A stretch of DNA of 24,255 nucleotides from Pseudomonadota bacterium. GTDB lineage: Bacteria > Pseudomonadota > Alphaproteobacteria > RF32 > CAG-239. Numbering within the stretch: the first letter of the stretch is position 1; the number at the start of each line of letters is the position of its first letter. The stretch is from contig CAKJXZ020000071.1 in assembly GCA_918234285.1 (NCBI GenBank), forward strand, positions 1 to 24,255, written 5' to 3'. Positions 5,851 to 16,274 of this stretch are shown here, in pieces. Position numbers and translations under genes: made by a program. Under the pieces are notes generated by a model. It did not search any database. It was given only the letters and a program-made list of their open reading frames with translations, and had not been told where the DNA came from.

Positions 5851-8533
5851 TCTCCGCTAATTCTTTAAGTTCATACAATTTTTGTAAGGCCTCTCGTGCC
5901 GTCAAATTATCCGGCTCGATTTCTTTGAGCGCCTTCTCTACCGCCGATTCGCGCTCAACAACAACCGCATCGGCCGTCATTGGAGCAGCAAAAGCAAACA
6001 GCGGCAACTCGTCTTGCAAATCCGCCGCCTTGTGCTGACGATTTTCGTTTTGCAATTTTTGCAACACCTGCTCCGAGCGGCGAATAACCGCCTTCGGCAA
6101 ACCGGCCAATTTAGCCACATGAATACCGTAAGAACGATCAGCCGCACCGGCAATTACCTCATGCATAAAAATCACCTGCTCGTTAAATTCCTTGATTTTC
6201 ATACAATGCAGAGTCAGCGCCGAAAGTTTTTCGGAAAGCACCGTCAGCTCGTGATAGTGAGTGGCAAACAGCGCCCGACATTTATTGACTTCGTGCAAAT
6301 ATTCCACCACTGCCCAAGCAATCGAAAGCCCATCAAAAGTGGCAGTACCGCGTCCGATTTCATCCAAAATCACAAACGAACGCTCGTCGGCGCGATTCAA
6401 AATCGAGGCCGTTTCTATCATTTCCACCATAAAAGTCGAGCGTCCGCGCGACAAATCGTCGGAGGCTCCCACGCGCGAAAATACCTTATCCACCAACCCG
6501 ATATGCGCCCGCTTTGCCGGCACAAACGAACCCATCTGCGCCATAATCGCAATAATGGCATTCTGTCGCAAAAACGTGGATTTACCCGCCATATTCGGTC
6601 CGGTAATCAACCAAATACGGTTATCCTGCTGATTAAGTTCGCAGTTGTTGCCGACAAAAGCGCCTTCGTTATTGCTTCTGATAGCAGTTTCTACCACCGG
6701 ATGCCGCCCTTCTTCTATATCAAACAGCAAACTGTCATCAAGCTGCGGCCGGCAATAGTTATTTTCGAGTGCCAAATCCGCCAGCGCCGCAGCCACATCG
6801 AGTTCTGCCAATGCCTCCGCCGTACGACATATATCATCGGCAGCAAGCAAAACATCACGCACCAAATCGTCAAAAATGGAAATTTCCATCGCCAATGCCC
6901 GTTCACGCGCACTGCGAATACTGTTTTCCAGTTCGGTCAGTTCGGCCGTAGTAAAACGAGTGGCGTTCAAAATGGATTGCCGATGGATAAAATGCGGGTC
7001 GGCCAACAGTTGTGTGGCATATTTGTTCTGCACTTCAATAAAAAAGCCGATGAGCGAATTATCGCGAATTCTGAGATTATCAATGCCGGTGGACTGCACA
7101 TATTTTGCCTGCAAATCGCTGATTTTATCCGTACCGTTGTCACGCAGTTCGCACAAAGCATCAAAACCCGGATGAAAACCGCCGCGAATAAACCCGCCGT
7201 CGCGAGCGAATGCCGGCAATGTTTCGGCGGCATCAACTTCAATCAGGGCGCTGTTCAGCTTATCCGCCAAACCGGTATGATTGCCGATTCGTTTGACGAT
7301 TTCTTCCACCGCCGGCCGCGTATCATCAACCACATCCGTACGCTGATAAATCAACATGGTATTACGTATTTCCGGCAGCAGCAACAGCGCGTCGGCAACA
7401 CATTTGAGCTCACGCGGACCGCCGCGTCCGATACTGAGACGTGTCAACGAACGTTCTATATCCGGGCACATTTTCAACAGTGAGCGCAATTTTTGCCGCA
7501 CATCATCGTGTTTGCAAAAAAATTCAACGGCATCAAGACGTTTGTTGATTTTCTCCAAATCCAAAAGCGGTGCCGACAATCTGGCCGCCAACATTCTGGC
7601 TCCGAAACCGGTAACCGTGCGGTCAATGACCGACAATAGCGAATTGCCGTGCGGACCACTCATCAGATCCAAATTCTGCCGCGTGGCCGCATCAATTTCC
7701 ATATAAAGCGAGTCCAAAATTTTAAGCGGCCGCACAATGCGCGGCATTTTACCTTTTTGCGTATTTTCCACATATTCCAACACCAATCCGGCAGCGGTTA
7801 TTTCGCCCTTGCTGAAATCGCCGAAAGCTTCTGTCGCCGAAACATTATAAAAATTCAGCAATTTCTTTTGGGTATTGGCATAATTGAAACGAGCTTGCGG
7901 CAATACCGAAAGTTTTTCCTTAAACTCGTTGAACAACTTAAACAAATCCGGATTTTGCAGCAACGCATCGGAAATCAATATTTCTTCGGGCACAATGCGC
8001 GTAAGCAAACCATAAAGTTCGGCCGCCTCACCTTGTGCACCGATATGAACTTCCTGCGTATAAAAAGCACCGGTAGATAAGTCTAACCACGCCGCACCGT
8101 AACCTTTGGGCACCTTACATAAACACAGCAGATAATTGTTGCGCCGTGCATCCAAAAGCGTATCTTCGGTTAATGTACCGGAAGTAACCAAGCGGATGAC
8201 ATCACGTTTAACCACCGACTTAGAGCCGCGTTTGCGTGCCTCTTCCGGATTTTCCATCTGCTCGCAAATTGCCACTTTGTAACCGGCCTTAATCAGCCGC
8301 GCCATATAATTTTCGTACGCATGAAACGGCACTCCGCACATCGGCACGTCTTTACCCTTTATCCGTCCGCGTTTGGTCAGTGTAATATTAAGCGCCTCCG
8401 ATGCCTTTATTGCATCTTCAAAAAACAGCTCATAAAAATCTCCCATCCGGTAAAACAACAAATAATCCGGATACGACTTCTTGATTTCCATATACTGCAC
8501 CATTCCCGGTGAGATTGCTTCTTTTTCTGACAT
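5843..8533 (-). CDS. mutS: DNA mismatch repair protein MutS
   Basis: FYRMGDFYELFFEDA, GPNMAGKSTFLRQ, STFMVEM, DEIGRGT, ATHYHEL, SYGIHVA. Confidence 0.98.
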   Translation of the reverse strand: MSEKEAISPGMVQYMEIKKSYPDYLLFYRMGDFYELFFEDAIKASEALNITLTKRGRIKGKDVPMCGVPFHAYENYMARLIKAGYKVAICEQMENPEEARKRGSKSVVKRDVIRLVTSGTLTEDTLLDARRNNYLLCLCKVPKGYGAAWLDLSTGAFYTQEVHIGAQGEAAELYGLLTRIVPEEILISDALLQNPDLFKLFNEFKEKLSVLPQARFNYANTQKKLLNFYNVSATEAFGDFSKGEITAAGLVLEYVENTQKGKMPRIVRPLKILDSLYMEIDAATRQNLDLMSGPHGNSLLSVIDRTVTGFGARMLAARLSAPLLDLEKINKRLDAVEFFCKHDDVRQKLRSLLKMCPDIERSLTRLSIGRGGPRELKCVADALLLLPEIRNTMLIYQRTDVVDDTRPAVEEIVKRIGNHTGLADKLNSALIEVDAAETLPAFARDGGFIRGGFHPGFDALCELRDNGTDKISDLQAKYVQSTGIDNLRIRDNSLIGFFIEVQNKYATQLLADPHFIHRQSILNATRFTTAELTELENSIRSARERALAMEISIFDDLVRDVLLAADDICRTAEALAELDVAAALADLALENNYCRPQLDDSLLFDIEEGRHPVVETAIRSNNEGAFVGNNCELNQQDNRIWLITGPNMAGKSTFLRQNAIIAIMAQMGSFVPAKRAHIGLVDKVFSRVGASDDLSRGRSTFMVEMIETASILNRADERSFVILDEIGRGTATFDGLSIAWAVVEYLHEVNKCRALFATHYHELTVLSEKLSALTLHCMKIKEFNEQVIFMHEVIAGAADRSYGIHVAKLAGLPKAVIRRSEQVLQKLQNENRQHKAADLQDELPLFAFAAPMTADAVVVERESAVEKALKEIEPDNLTAREALQKLYELKELAEND

Positions 8534-8631
8534 TTTACCTTAAAATCTTAAACTAATTTAAACTTCTTGTATATTACAATATTTCACATCTTAGTCCAGT
8601 ATTTTATTGATGTTATAGACGGATAAATCAG

Positions 8632-10050
8632 ATGAAGAAACGATTTAACATATCTCATATAGATATAGACGCGCGACACTTTAAGCGCGCCCTCATTTTA
8701 TCGTTGCCGTTGGCCGTCGTATACATTGATTTGGCGGTGCTTAACTTTATGACACCGCTGGTGGCGATTGTGTGTTTTACCATTACGGTTGTTTCCAATT
8801 TGTTGCTGATTTTTCCGATAAGCGCGGAACTGCGCACCCTGCGCAATTATATTCAAACCTTAGCAACCGGCAACGCCGACGAAACCGATATTGAACTTTC
8901 GGAAAAAGATACGCGTGAATTGGCACAAGCCATCAATGCCATTCACAAAATCTGGACCTCCAAAAACGATACTCTGGAGGCGCAAACGCTTTCCGACGCT
9001 GCGGTTTTCGATACCCTGCCCGATCCGATTCTGATGCTCGATAACGAAGGCGGCATAACCAATTATAACCTGGCGGCGGAAATGCTTTTGGGGCAAAATA
9101 TGGCCGCCAACGGCATCGACCGCCTGTTTTCAACCAACATTTTTATCGCTGCCATAGATAAAGTTTTAAAGGCTAAAAGCGATTCGGAAAGTGTATTGTT
9201 CCACGCGCCGGAATACGGCAACCGACGCTTTTACGCCCACATTACCAAGTTGCCGCGACACCTTAAAGGCCGCGCTGCTGCCGTAGTTTCGCTCTACGAT
9301 GTCAGTAAAGCTCTGAGTTTGGAAAAAATGCAATCGGATTTTGTGGCCAATGCCAGCCACGAATTACGCACCCCACTCTCGGTTATTTCCGGCTTTATCG
9401 AAACTCTGCAAACCACTGCGCATGACGACGAAGAAACCCGCGATGCCTTTTTAGGTATAATGAAAGAACAAACCGAATATATGGCCAGTTTAATCGAGGA
9501 TTTGTTGTCGCTTTCGCGTTTGGAAATGGGGCAAAACAAAGAGCTTAAAGACAAAGTTGATTTACACGAAGTCATCGACGATGTTACACAAGCGCTCAAA
9601 ATCAAGGCTTTCCAGCGTTCCGTCAGCATAAGCATTATCGAAGCCAACCGCATTCCGAAAATCATCGGCGATAATCAGCAAATTCACCAGGTTTTGCAAA
9701 ACCTGTTAGATAATGCCATTAAATACGCTCCGGAAAATTCCGAAGTTAAGGTTGAGCTTAAAGCCGTTCCGGAAATTCCGGCCAAAGCCGGGCAAAATGT
9801 TGCCGGCGGCCGTGCGGTCAGCATATCCTTCAATAACAAGGGACAGAAGATAAATAAAGAGGATTTGGCCCGTCTGACCGAAAAATTCTATCGTATGCAA
9901 GTCCATAAAGATATGAAAATAAAAGGTACCGGCCTCGGTCTTGCCATAGCCAAACAGGTAGTAATGCACCACCGCGGTAATTTAACCGTATCGTCAACCG
10001 CCTATAACGGCAACACTTTTACGGTATACCTGCCGGTCAAACAAAATTAA
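8632..10050 (+). CDS. PAS-domain membrane sensor histidine kinase, PhoR-like
   Basis: Two N-terminal TM segments, DFVANASHELRTPL H-box, NLLDNAIKY, GTGLGLAI. Confidence 0.9.
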   Translation: MKKRFNISHIDIDARHFKRALILSLPLAVVYIDLAVLNFMTPLVAIVCFTITVVSNLLLIFPISAELRTLRNYIQTLATGNADETDIELSEKDTRELAQAINAIHKIWTSKNDTLEAQTLSDAAVFDTLPDPILMLDNEGGITNYNLAAEMLLGQNMAANGIDRLFSTNIFIAAIDKVLKAKSDSESVLFHAPEYGNRRFYAHITKLPRHLKGRAAAVVSLYDVSKALSLEKMQSDFVANASHELRTPLSVISGFIETLQTTAHDDEETRDAFLGIMKEQTEYMASLIEDLLSLSRLEMGQNKELKDKVDLHEVIDDVTQALKIKAFQRSVSISIIEANRIPKIIGDNQQIHQVLQNLLDNAIKYAPENSEVKVELKAVPEIPAKAGQNVAGGRAVSISFNNKGQKINKEDLARLTEKFYRMQVHKDMKIKGTGLGLAIAKQVVMHHRGNLTVSSTAYNGNTFTVYLPVKQN

Positions 10051-10134
10051 ATCCGCAAAACAGCAACATACTTTGCGGAAACTAAAGAGAGAATTGAAAA
10101 TATTATTAATAAATTATATTAAAACATTATCATT

Positions 10135-10359
10135 ATGAAACAGACCAAAAGATTTCTCAGCGTATTAAGAATAGCCTCCGAAATTGTTGCTGTTCTGCTG
10201 ATTGTCGTGTGCGTTTCAGCCGTTTGCATGGATGCATCAGGTGTGTTGAACGCTGTTATAAAGCTGTGGCCGTACGGTGTATTCGTTATTGCCGCATATA
10301 TGTTGTTTTCGCTCGGCGAAGATTTTGTGAACAATCGCATACTCAGGCCGCGCTGCTGA
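10135..10359 (+). CDS. Small two-TM hypothetical membrane protein
   Basis: 74 aa with two hydrophobic segments, followed by a hairpin; no clear RBS. Confidence 0.55.
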   Translation: MKQTKRFLSVLRIASEIVAVLLIVVCVSAVCMDASGVLNAVIKLWPYGVFVIAAYMLFSLGEDFVNNRILRPRC

Positions 10360-10370
10360 TTTATACGCCC

Positions 10371-10398
10371 AAACCGTCAGTTTAAACACTGGCGGTTT
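10371..10398 (+). terminator. Hairpin, probable terminator
   Basis: AAACCGTCAGT-TTAAAC-ACTGGCGGTTT with one G.U pair; weak U-tract. Confidence 0.5.
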
Positions 10399-10497
10399 CC
10401 CGTTTTAAAAAGCATCGGCATACGATTGTACGAGGATTTTTTTATGCTTTTATTTTTGCATTAACTGTGTTATAGTGCCTTAAAAGTGAGGTAAAAG

Positions 10498-11724
10498 ATG
10501 AAGACATATTTGGTGGGCGGCGCCGTCCGTGACATGGTTTTGGGGCAAACTCCACATGATTCGGATTATGTGGTGTTCGGGGCCACACCTAAGGAAATGA
10601 AGACCAACGGTTTTATGCGTGTCGGCAAGGATTTTCCGGTGTTTCTGCACCCGCAGACTCACGATGAGTATGCTTTGGCGCGTAAAGAAATAAAAACCGG
10701 CAACAAACATACCGATTTTAAATTTGTGTTCGGACCGGATATTACGCCGCAAGAAGATATGCAACGCCGCGATTTTACCTGTAATGCACTGATGTATGAT
10801 AAAGAAAACGATAAAATCATCGATCTGGTAGGTGGAGTCGATGACATCAAAAATCACGTCATTCGCCACGTCAATACCGAGCATTTTATTGAAGATCCGT
10901 TGCGCGTCCTCAGAATGTGCCGATTCGCTGCCAAGCTTGATTTTGAAATTGCCCCGGAAACCATGAAACTGGCACAGGATATGACGCGTACCGGCATGCT
11001 CAACCACTTAACAGCCGAGCGCATCTGGAAAGAAATAGAAACCGCGCTCCAAACCGAGCATTTCGATAAATTTATCCGCACCATGCGCGAATGCGGCGCC
11101 CTCAAAGTCGTTTTGCCGGAGGTCGACAAACTCTGGGATATGCCGGAGCGCACCGATTATCATCCCGAGGGCAATTCCGGTGAACACACCATGTTGGTCC
11201 TGAAACAGGGCTACAATCTGTCGCCAAAGATAAAATTTGCCCTTTTATTGCACGATATCGGCAAAATAGACACTCCGACCGAAATTCTGCCGCAACACAT
11301 CGGTCATGACAAAGCCGGCTTACCGCGTATAGAAGAAATTTGCAAACGGCTGAAAGTACCTAATAAATATCGCGATTTTGCCCTGCTCGTTGCTGAAAAT
11401 CATATGCGTTTTCACAGCGTGCCGAACATGCGTAAGGGCAGATTTTTGGCCTTTTTGGATGAACTGACCGATAACTTCCGCAACGGCAAGCAGATGATTG
11501 ATTTTATGCGTGCCTGCAAATGCGATTCGTTCGGACGCGGTGCTTCGCCGCAACTTAAAGACGAGAAAAACGAAGAAATTTTTGCGGCCGCCAAGCGCTG
11601 TTTGCACAATTATCGCATTCAGCGTGCCGTTAAAGCTGCCGATATGCCGAACTTCGAACACCTGACCAAGGACAAAACTTTCAAAGATAAACTGATGCAA
11701 TTCCGTACCAAGCAAATTATTTGA
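10498..11724 (+). CDS. cca: Multifunctional CCA tRNA nucleotidyltransferase with HD domain
   Basis: [42 protein letters not shown]...LLHDIGK. Confidence 0.95.
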   Translation: MKTYLVGGAVRDMVLGQTPHDSDYVVFGATPKEMKTNGFMRVGKDFPVFLHPQTHDEYALARKEIKTGNKHTDFKFVFGPDITPQEDMQRRDFTCNALMYDKENDKIIDLVGGVDDIKNHVIRHVNTEHFIEDPLRVLRMCRFAAKLDFEIAPETMKLAQDMTRTGMLNHLTAERIWKEIETALQTEHFDKFIRTMRECGALKVVLPEVDKLWDMPERTDYHPEGNSGEHTMLVLKQGYNLSPKIKFALLLHDIGKIDTPTEILPQHIGHDKAGLPRIEEICKRLKVPNKYRDFALLVAENHMRFHSVPNMRKGRFLAFLDELTDNFRNGKQMIDFMRACKCDSFGRGASPQLKDEKNEEIFAAAKRCLHNYRIQRAVKAADMPNFEHLTKDKTFKDKLMQFRTKQII

Positions 11725-11736
11725 CAAAAAAAACAG

Positions 11737-11765
11737 TTGCAAAATCAATAATAATATGTTAGTAT
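11737..11765 (+). promoter_or_regulatory. Putative sigma70 promoter
   Basis: TTGCAA, 17 nt ending TGT, TAGTAT. Confidence 0.5.
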
Positions 11766-11795
11766 CAAGGTACATATTCACAAGGGAGTAAGCAG

Positions 11796-12026
11796 ATGAA
11801 AAGACAAATGGAAACAGATATTAAAGATGTAGCATCGCGCGTGTGGAAAAGAGTTAAAAAGGTCGGGAAACTGGCTGCGGAAATATTAGATCCGGGTTCG
11901 CACAATATCGACAATCCCGATAACAAGAAATACTACGAAAAACCTGAATACTGGGAAGCACGTGAGAAAGATGAGGCTAAGGTAGGAATTAATACACCTC
12001 GCGGCGATGAAGGTATTGAACGTTAA
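11796..12026 (+). CDS. Small hypothetical hydrophilic protein
   Basis: AAGGGAG RBS, a putative promoter and a downstream terminator. Confidence 0.65.
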   Translation: MKRQMETDIKDVASRVWKRVKKVGKLAAEILDPGSHNIDNPDNKKYYEKPEYWEAREKDEAKVGINTPRGDEGIER

Positions 12027-12049
12027 TTTCATTACCGCAAAGAAAATTT

Positions 12050-12079
12050 TAAGCACCTCTCGGAGGTGCTTATTTTTTT
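12050..12079 (+). terminator. Intrinsic terminator, possibly bidirectional, between the small ORF and fmt
   Basis: TAAGCACCTC-TCG-GAGGTGCTTA-TTTTTTT. Confidence 0.85.
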
Positions 12080-12110
12080 GAGGCATTATTAAAGACACAG
12101 ATAACAACTT

Positions 12111-13019
12111 TTAAAGTATCGTTCCCGTTTCAAAAACAAAACCTCGCAACAATTCCTCTGTCGACATGGCTCGCTTGCCTTGACGTTGCATCCTCGTGAT
12201 TTTCAGCGCACCGCCGCTGGCGGCAATAACCAATTCTTCCTTACCGACCAAAATTTCTCCGGCTTTTCCCTTACCTTCCGTCTTTTCCGCCTGCAAAACC
12301 TTGAAGCGCTCGCCGCCGTATTCAAAAAACATCGCCGGATACGGACTGAAGGCGCGGATTTTATTATACAAAGCCTCAACCGGCATTTTAAAATCGATCA
12401 AACACTCATCTTTATCCAGTTTTTGTGCATAGCAAGTTTCCGCTTCGTCCTGCACTTGCGGCGGATATTTTTCCGGATGCGCCAACACCGCGGCAATCAA
12501 CTCACCGCCGATTTGCGCCAATGCATCATGCAATTCGCCGCCGTTCATACTTTCGCCGATTTCCACCGTGCCTTTAAGCAACATATCGCCGGTATCCAAA
12601 CCCTCAGCCATCTGCATAATCGTAACTCCGCCGACTTTATCTCCGGCCTCAATTGCTCGCTGAATCGGAGCGGCACCGCGCCACCGCGGCAACAATGAAG
12701 CGTGGATATTCAAACAACCGAGCGGATAAGCTTCCAAAATCGGTTTTGGCAGAATCAACCCGTAAGCGGCAACCACCGCCACATCGGCTTTCAATTCGGC
12801 AAATTTTTGCTGTTCTTCAATATTGCGCAATGTTTTCGGTGTCCGCACTTCTACACCGTTTTCTTCCGCCAACAAATGTATCGGCGTTTTATTCAAACGA
12901 TTGCCGCGACCGGCCGGTTTAGGTTCGCGCGTATAAACGCAAACCACCTCATGTTCTGCCATCAAACGACGGAGCGCCGGCTCTGCAAAGTCCGGCGTTC
13001 CCATAAAAACAACACGCAT
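12111..13019 (-). CDS. fmt: Methionyl-tRNA formyltransferase
   Basis: FMGTPDFA, VAAYGLIL, LNIHASLLPRWRGAAPIQRAI; TAATG overlap with the upstream gene. Confidence 0.97.
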   Translation of the reverse strand: MRVVFMGTPDFAEPALRRLMAEHEVVCVYTREPKPAGRGNRLNKTPIHLLAEENGVEVRTPKTLRNIEEQQKFAELKADVAVVAAYGLILPKPILEAYPLGCLNIHASLLPRWRGAAPIQRAIEAGDKVGGVTIMQMAEGLDTGDMLLKGTVEIGESMNGGELHDALAQIGGELIAAVLAHPEKYPPQVQDEAETCYAQKLDKDECLIDFKMPVEALYNKIRAFSPYPAMFFEYGGERFKVLQAEKTEGKGKAGEILVGKEELVIAASGGALKITRMQRQGKRAMSTEELLRGFVFETGTIL

Positions 13020-14896
13020 TATTCGTCTAATCCCATACGCCCGTATTGAACTTCAACTTTATAATTGCTGGCATATCCCTGCAACATGGCATCACTCAAT
13101 TCTTCTACCATGCTGTTATACATAAGCTGTTGCAATTGTGCTTTTTCTTGCGGGTTCAATGCTGCCGAATCATCATAAATATTCGTGGTTTCGGCAACCA
13201 CATAATCATCGCCGATTTCAATAACCTGCGGTTCACCCTTCGGAGCTTGGAATAGCGTTTTCATATCATTCAAATTCAGTTTATCAAGGCTTTCCCCGCG
13301 CGTAACCGGACGACTGTTTAAGGCACGCAAACCGCGACGAGAAGCAATCTCCGCCAAATCATCACCGGCTTCGATTTCGTTCTGAATGTTGTCGATTAAT
13401 TCCTTGGTAGCAGACTGACGCATACTTTCCGCCCACATCTGTCTGAGTTTTGCATCAGCCTGTTCACGCGGTTGTTGATGTTCGTCATAAATTTTATCAA
13501 CTCTGATAAAGGCCACACCTTCAGCTGTTTCTACCGCCTGACTGATTTCTCCTTCATTATACGAAAAAGCGGTATCAATAAACTCTTTATCGGTTATTAC
13601 GGACGCCAGTTTTTTATCGGCAACATCGGCCACACCGTTTTCATCCAAAGCCTTGATTGCATAAAGCTTAGTTTTATTCTGAGCGGCAATTTTCTCCAGA
13701 GAAGTACCGGCACCGAGGGCATCCTCGATGGAAGCAACCAGTTCGCTGTTATCATCGTAAGATTTTTCCTGACGCAATTCAGCCACAATCTGACGCTCCG
13801 CTTCCGCTTTATCAACCTTATGAGGTGCTTGAGTATCCGTAACTTTAATAATCTGCCAACTGTCGGAAATCTGTACCGGTGCGGAAACCTGATTTATACC
13901 TAAACCGAAAATAACGTCAGCCAATTCTTCCGCCACCTCACTCCGTGAAACAAAGCCCAAATCGATATCTTCCGCTTTTTGCCCGTATTCGGCGGCCACT
14001 GCGGCAAAGTTCTCACCTGCGGCCAATTTGGCAGCAGCATTTTTAGCTTCTTGCTCATCATCAAAAACCATTTGCAGAGCATAACGTTTTTCCGGCTGTT
14101 CATACTCCTCGATATGCTCTTTATAATAAGCCGCAATTTCATCTGCCGTAATCTCAATACCGGCAGCCAAATCGTCGTCCGATAAATACATAACCGTAAC
14201 GTCGCGCTTTTCCGGAATCATCAATTCCTCGGCCATATCTTCATAAAACTGGCTCAACTCTTCTTCCGTCGGTTGGCGATCGATTTTGGCATCGGCAGTA
14301 TTTATTTTTATATATTTAAAGGTGCGACGCTGTCCCAAAATCTTTGACATCTGATTGGCAAACACTTGCGGTACGGCAAATCCGACCACCGGCAATTCCA
14401 CCAACACCTTACGCGCCATACTGCGCTTAACTTCGGCAACAAACTCATCTTCCGTTTTGTTGGAATTCCGCAAATACCACTGATATTGTTGCGGATCAAA
14501 CACTCCGTTATTCAAAAACTGCGGCATAACATGAATCACCTGACTGACAAGACTGCGCGAAAAATCCACACCGTATTTATGCATGGTGTTTTCCAAAATT
14601 GCATCATCCAGTTTGGCTTTCACCAACAAATTTGCCAACATGGCTTTTTGCGAGCCGTCTTCGTCTTCTTCAAAATTTCCGTTAATCATCCGAAGCTTTG
14701 CCAACTCACGTTGCAACAAATACGAAAATTCATTTTGCGAAATTTCAATATCATCAACTTTGATAACGGCCTTATTGCGGGCGGCGGAAGTAATATACCC
14801 CGACACACCGAACAAAGACATAAAACTCAGGGCTGTAACGGTCAAAATAATTTTAGTGAACCAACTGTTACGCATTTTTGAAAATCTGTTAATCAT
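13019..14896 (-). CDS. ppiD: PpiD-like periplasmic chaperone (SurA N-terminal plus rotamase domains)
   Basis: N-terminal membrane anchor, PEKR repeats, DLGFV parvulin-like segment, 625 aa, divergent from tpiA as is usual in alphaproteobacteria. Confidence 0.85.
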   Translation of the reverse strand: MINRFSKMRNSWFTKIILTVTALSFMSLFGVSGYITSAARNKAVIKVDDIEISQNEFSYLLQRELAKLRMINGNFEEDEDGSQKAMLANLLVKAKLDDAILENTMHKYGVDFSRSLVSQVIHVMPQFLNNGVFDPQQYQWYLRNSNKTEDEFVAEVKRSMARKVLVELPVVGFAVPQVFANQMSKILGQRRTFKYIKINTADAKIDRQPTEEELSQFYEDMAEELMIPEKRDVTVMYLSDDDLAAGIEITADEIAAYYKEHIEEYEQPEKRYALQMVFDDEQEAKNAAAKLAAGENFAAVAAEYGQKAEDIDLGFVSRSEVAEELADVIFGLGINQVSAPVQISDSWQIIKVTDTQAPHKVDKAEAERQIVAELRQEKSYDDNSELVASIEDALGAGTSLEKIAAQNKTKLYAIKALDENGVADVADKKLASVITDKEFIDTAFSYNEGEISQAVETAEGVAFIRVDKIYDEHQQPREQADAKLRQMWAESMRQSATKELIDNIQNEIEAGDDLAEIASRRGLRALNSRPVTRGESLDKLNLNDMKTLFQAPKGEPQVIEIGDDYVVAETTNIYDDSAALNPQEKAQLQQLMYNSMVEELSDAMLQGYASNYKVEVQYGRMGLDE

Positions 14897-15083
14897 TCCT
14901 CTGTTTCCTATTTTAAAATTTCAGTTTTTTGCTTATTATAAATACATAATTTGTGATTGCAATTTTTAAATTGAATTATACAACAGAATAAAACAGGGAG
15001 TAATCTGTTTTTTTTGTAGAAAAATATTTTTTAGTATGCTAAAAAGGTGCAAGTTTTATTGATTAATGAAAAAGAGGTTCTAA

Positions 15084-15842
15084 ATGGTTCGTAAAAAATT
15101 GATTGCCGGAAACTGGAAGATGAATTGTCTGCAGGCAGAAGGCATTGCTTTGGCTAAAGAAGTGGCCGCAAAAGTTAAGGCCGATAAGTTCGATTGTGAT
15201 TTTTTGATTTGTCCGCCGTTCACTTTGCTCGGCACGGTTAAAAAATGCCTGCGCGGCACCAAAATTGCTTTAGGCGCTCAAGATGTACACTTTGCGGAAA
15301 AAGGAGCACATACCGGCGACATCAGCCCGTTGATGCTTACCGACTTAGGCTGTACTTATACCATCATCGGCCATTCGGAGAGACGTGTTGACCACTTTGA
15401 ATCAAACGAGCTGATTAACTCTAAGGCGGTTGCCGCTCACAAAGCCGGATTAAATACGGTTATCTGCATCGGTGAAACCGGAGCGGAACGCGATGCCGGC
15501 AAAACCATCAAAGTATGCCAGGATGAAATCAACGGCTCGGTACCTGATGACTCCACGGCCGAAAACACCGTCATCGCTTATGAACCTATTTGGGCCATTG
15601 GTACGGGCAAAACCCCTACCGCGGCTGACGTTGAAGAAGTACATGCGGCTATTCGTAAGGCTCTTACCAAAAAATTAGGCAAAGCAACCGCTAACAAAAT
15701 GCGGATTCTGTACGGCGGTTCGGTTAAGCCGTCCAACGCTGCCGAATTGCTTTCTCTTCCGGATGTTGACGGTGCCTTGATCGGCGGAGCTAGCTTAAAA
15801 GCCGAAGATTTTATCAATATTGCCATTAACTCAACCAAATAA
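15084..15842 (+). CDS. tpiA: Triosephosphate isomerase
   Basis: AGNWKMN, GHSERR, AYEPIWAIGTG, LYGGSVK, LIGGASL. Confidence 0.98.
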   Translation: MVRKKLIAGNWKMNCLQAEGIALAKEVAAKVKADKFDCDFLICPPFTLLGTVKKCLRGTKIALGAQDVHFAEKGAHTGDISPLMLTDLGCTYTIIGHSERRVDHFESNELINSKAVAAHKAGLNTVICIGETGAERDAGKTIKVCQDEINGSVPDDSTAENTVIAYEPIWAIGTGKTPTAADVEEVHAAIRKALTKKLGKATANKMRILYGGSVKPSNAAELLSLPDVDGALIGGASLKAEDFINIAINSTK

Positions 15843-15856
15843 GAAAGGATAAATAA

Positions 15857-16210
15857 ATGAGTTCCGTATTGTTAGTTTTACAGTTAATCGTTGCCATTTT
15901 CCTGGTGGCCGTGATTTTAATGCAACGTTCCAACGGCGGTGCCCTCAGCGGTTTGGGCGGCGGCGACGGTATCGGCGGCTTAATCAGCGCTCGCGGCAAA
16001 GGAAACATTTTAACCCGCATAACGGCCATATTGGCTACTTTGTTTTTTGCGCTGAGCATGGCAATTTCCATTTATTTCAGCCGGGTTGAAATCAAAAAGA
16101 CCTCTATTGCGGAAGATGTGGTAGAATCCTCTTTACCAACCTCGCAACCGGAACAACCGGCAGCACCTGTACCGGCCCCGCAAGAGCCGCAGGTACCGGT
16201 AGCGGAGTAA
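15857..16210 (+). CDS. secG: Preprotein translocase subunit SecG
   Basis: Two TM segments, ILMQRSNGGALSGLGGG, NILTRIT; located between tpiA and pyrG. Confidence 0.93.
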   Translation: MSSVLLVLQLIVAIFLVAVILMQRSNGGALSGLGGGDGIGGLISARGKGNILTRITAILATLFFALSMAISIYFSRVEIKKTSIAEDVVESSLPTSQPEQPAAPVPAPQEPQVPVAE

Positions 16211-16230
16211 AAAAATTGCAAAATCGGGGG

Positions 16231-16274
16231 GACATAAGGCACTTAATCCGTTAAGTGCCTTTGTCGCTTTTTTT
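16231..16274 (+). terminator. Terminator-like hairpin between secG and pyrG
   Basis: GACA-T-AAGGCACTTAA-TCCG-TTAAGTGCCTT-TGTC-GC-TTTTTTT. Confidence 0.7.

Noticed and set aside
6014-7483. 489-aa plus-strand ORF
   Set aside because: Entirely antisense to mutS, with a composition typical of a shadow frame
8540-8561. Three TTAAA repeats upstream of mutS as a CtrA site
   Set aside because: TTAA spacings are 4 and 6, not 7; AT-rich context
10052-10079. TCCGCAAA/TTTGCGGA inverted repeat after the kinase gene
   Set aside because: 12-nt loop and no U-tract on the plus strand, so it cannot be called a terminator
11721-11726. TTGACA overlapping the cca stop
   Set aside because: No -10 at proper spacing. 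It shows that a TGA stop can create TTGACA by chance, a caveat for the 1949-1944 site
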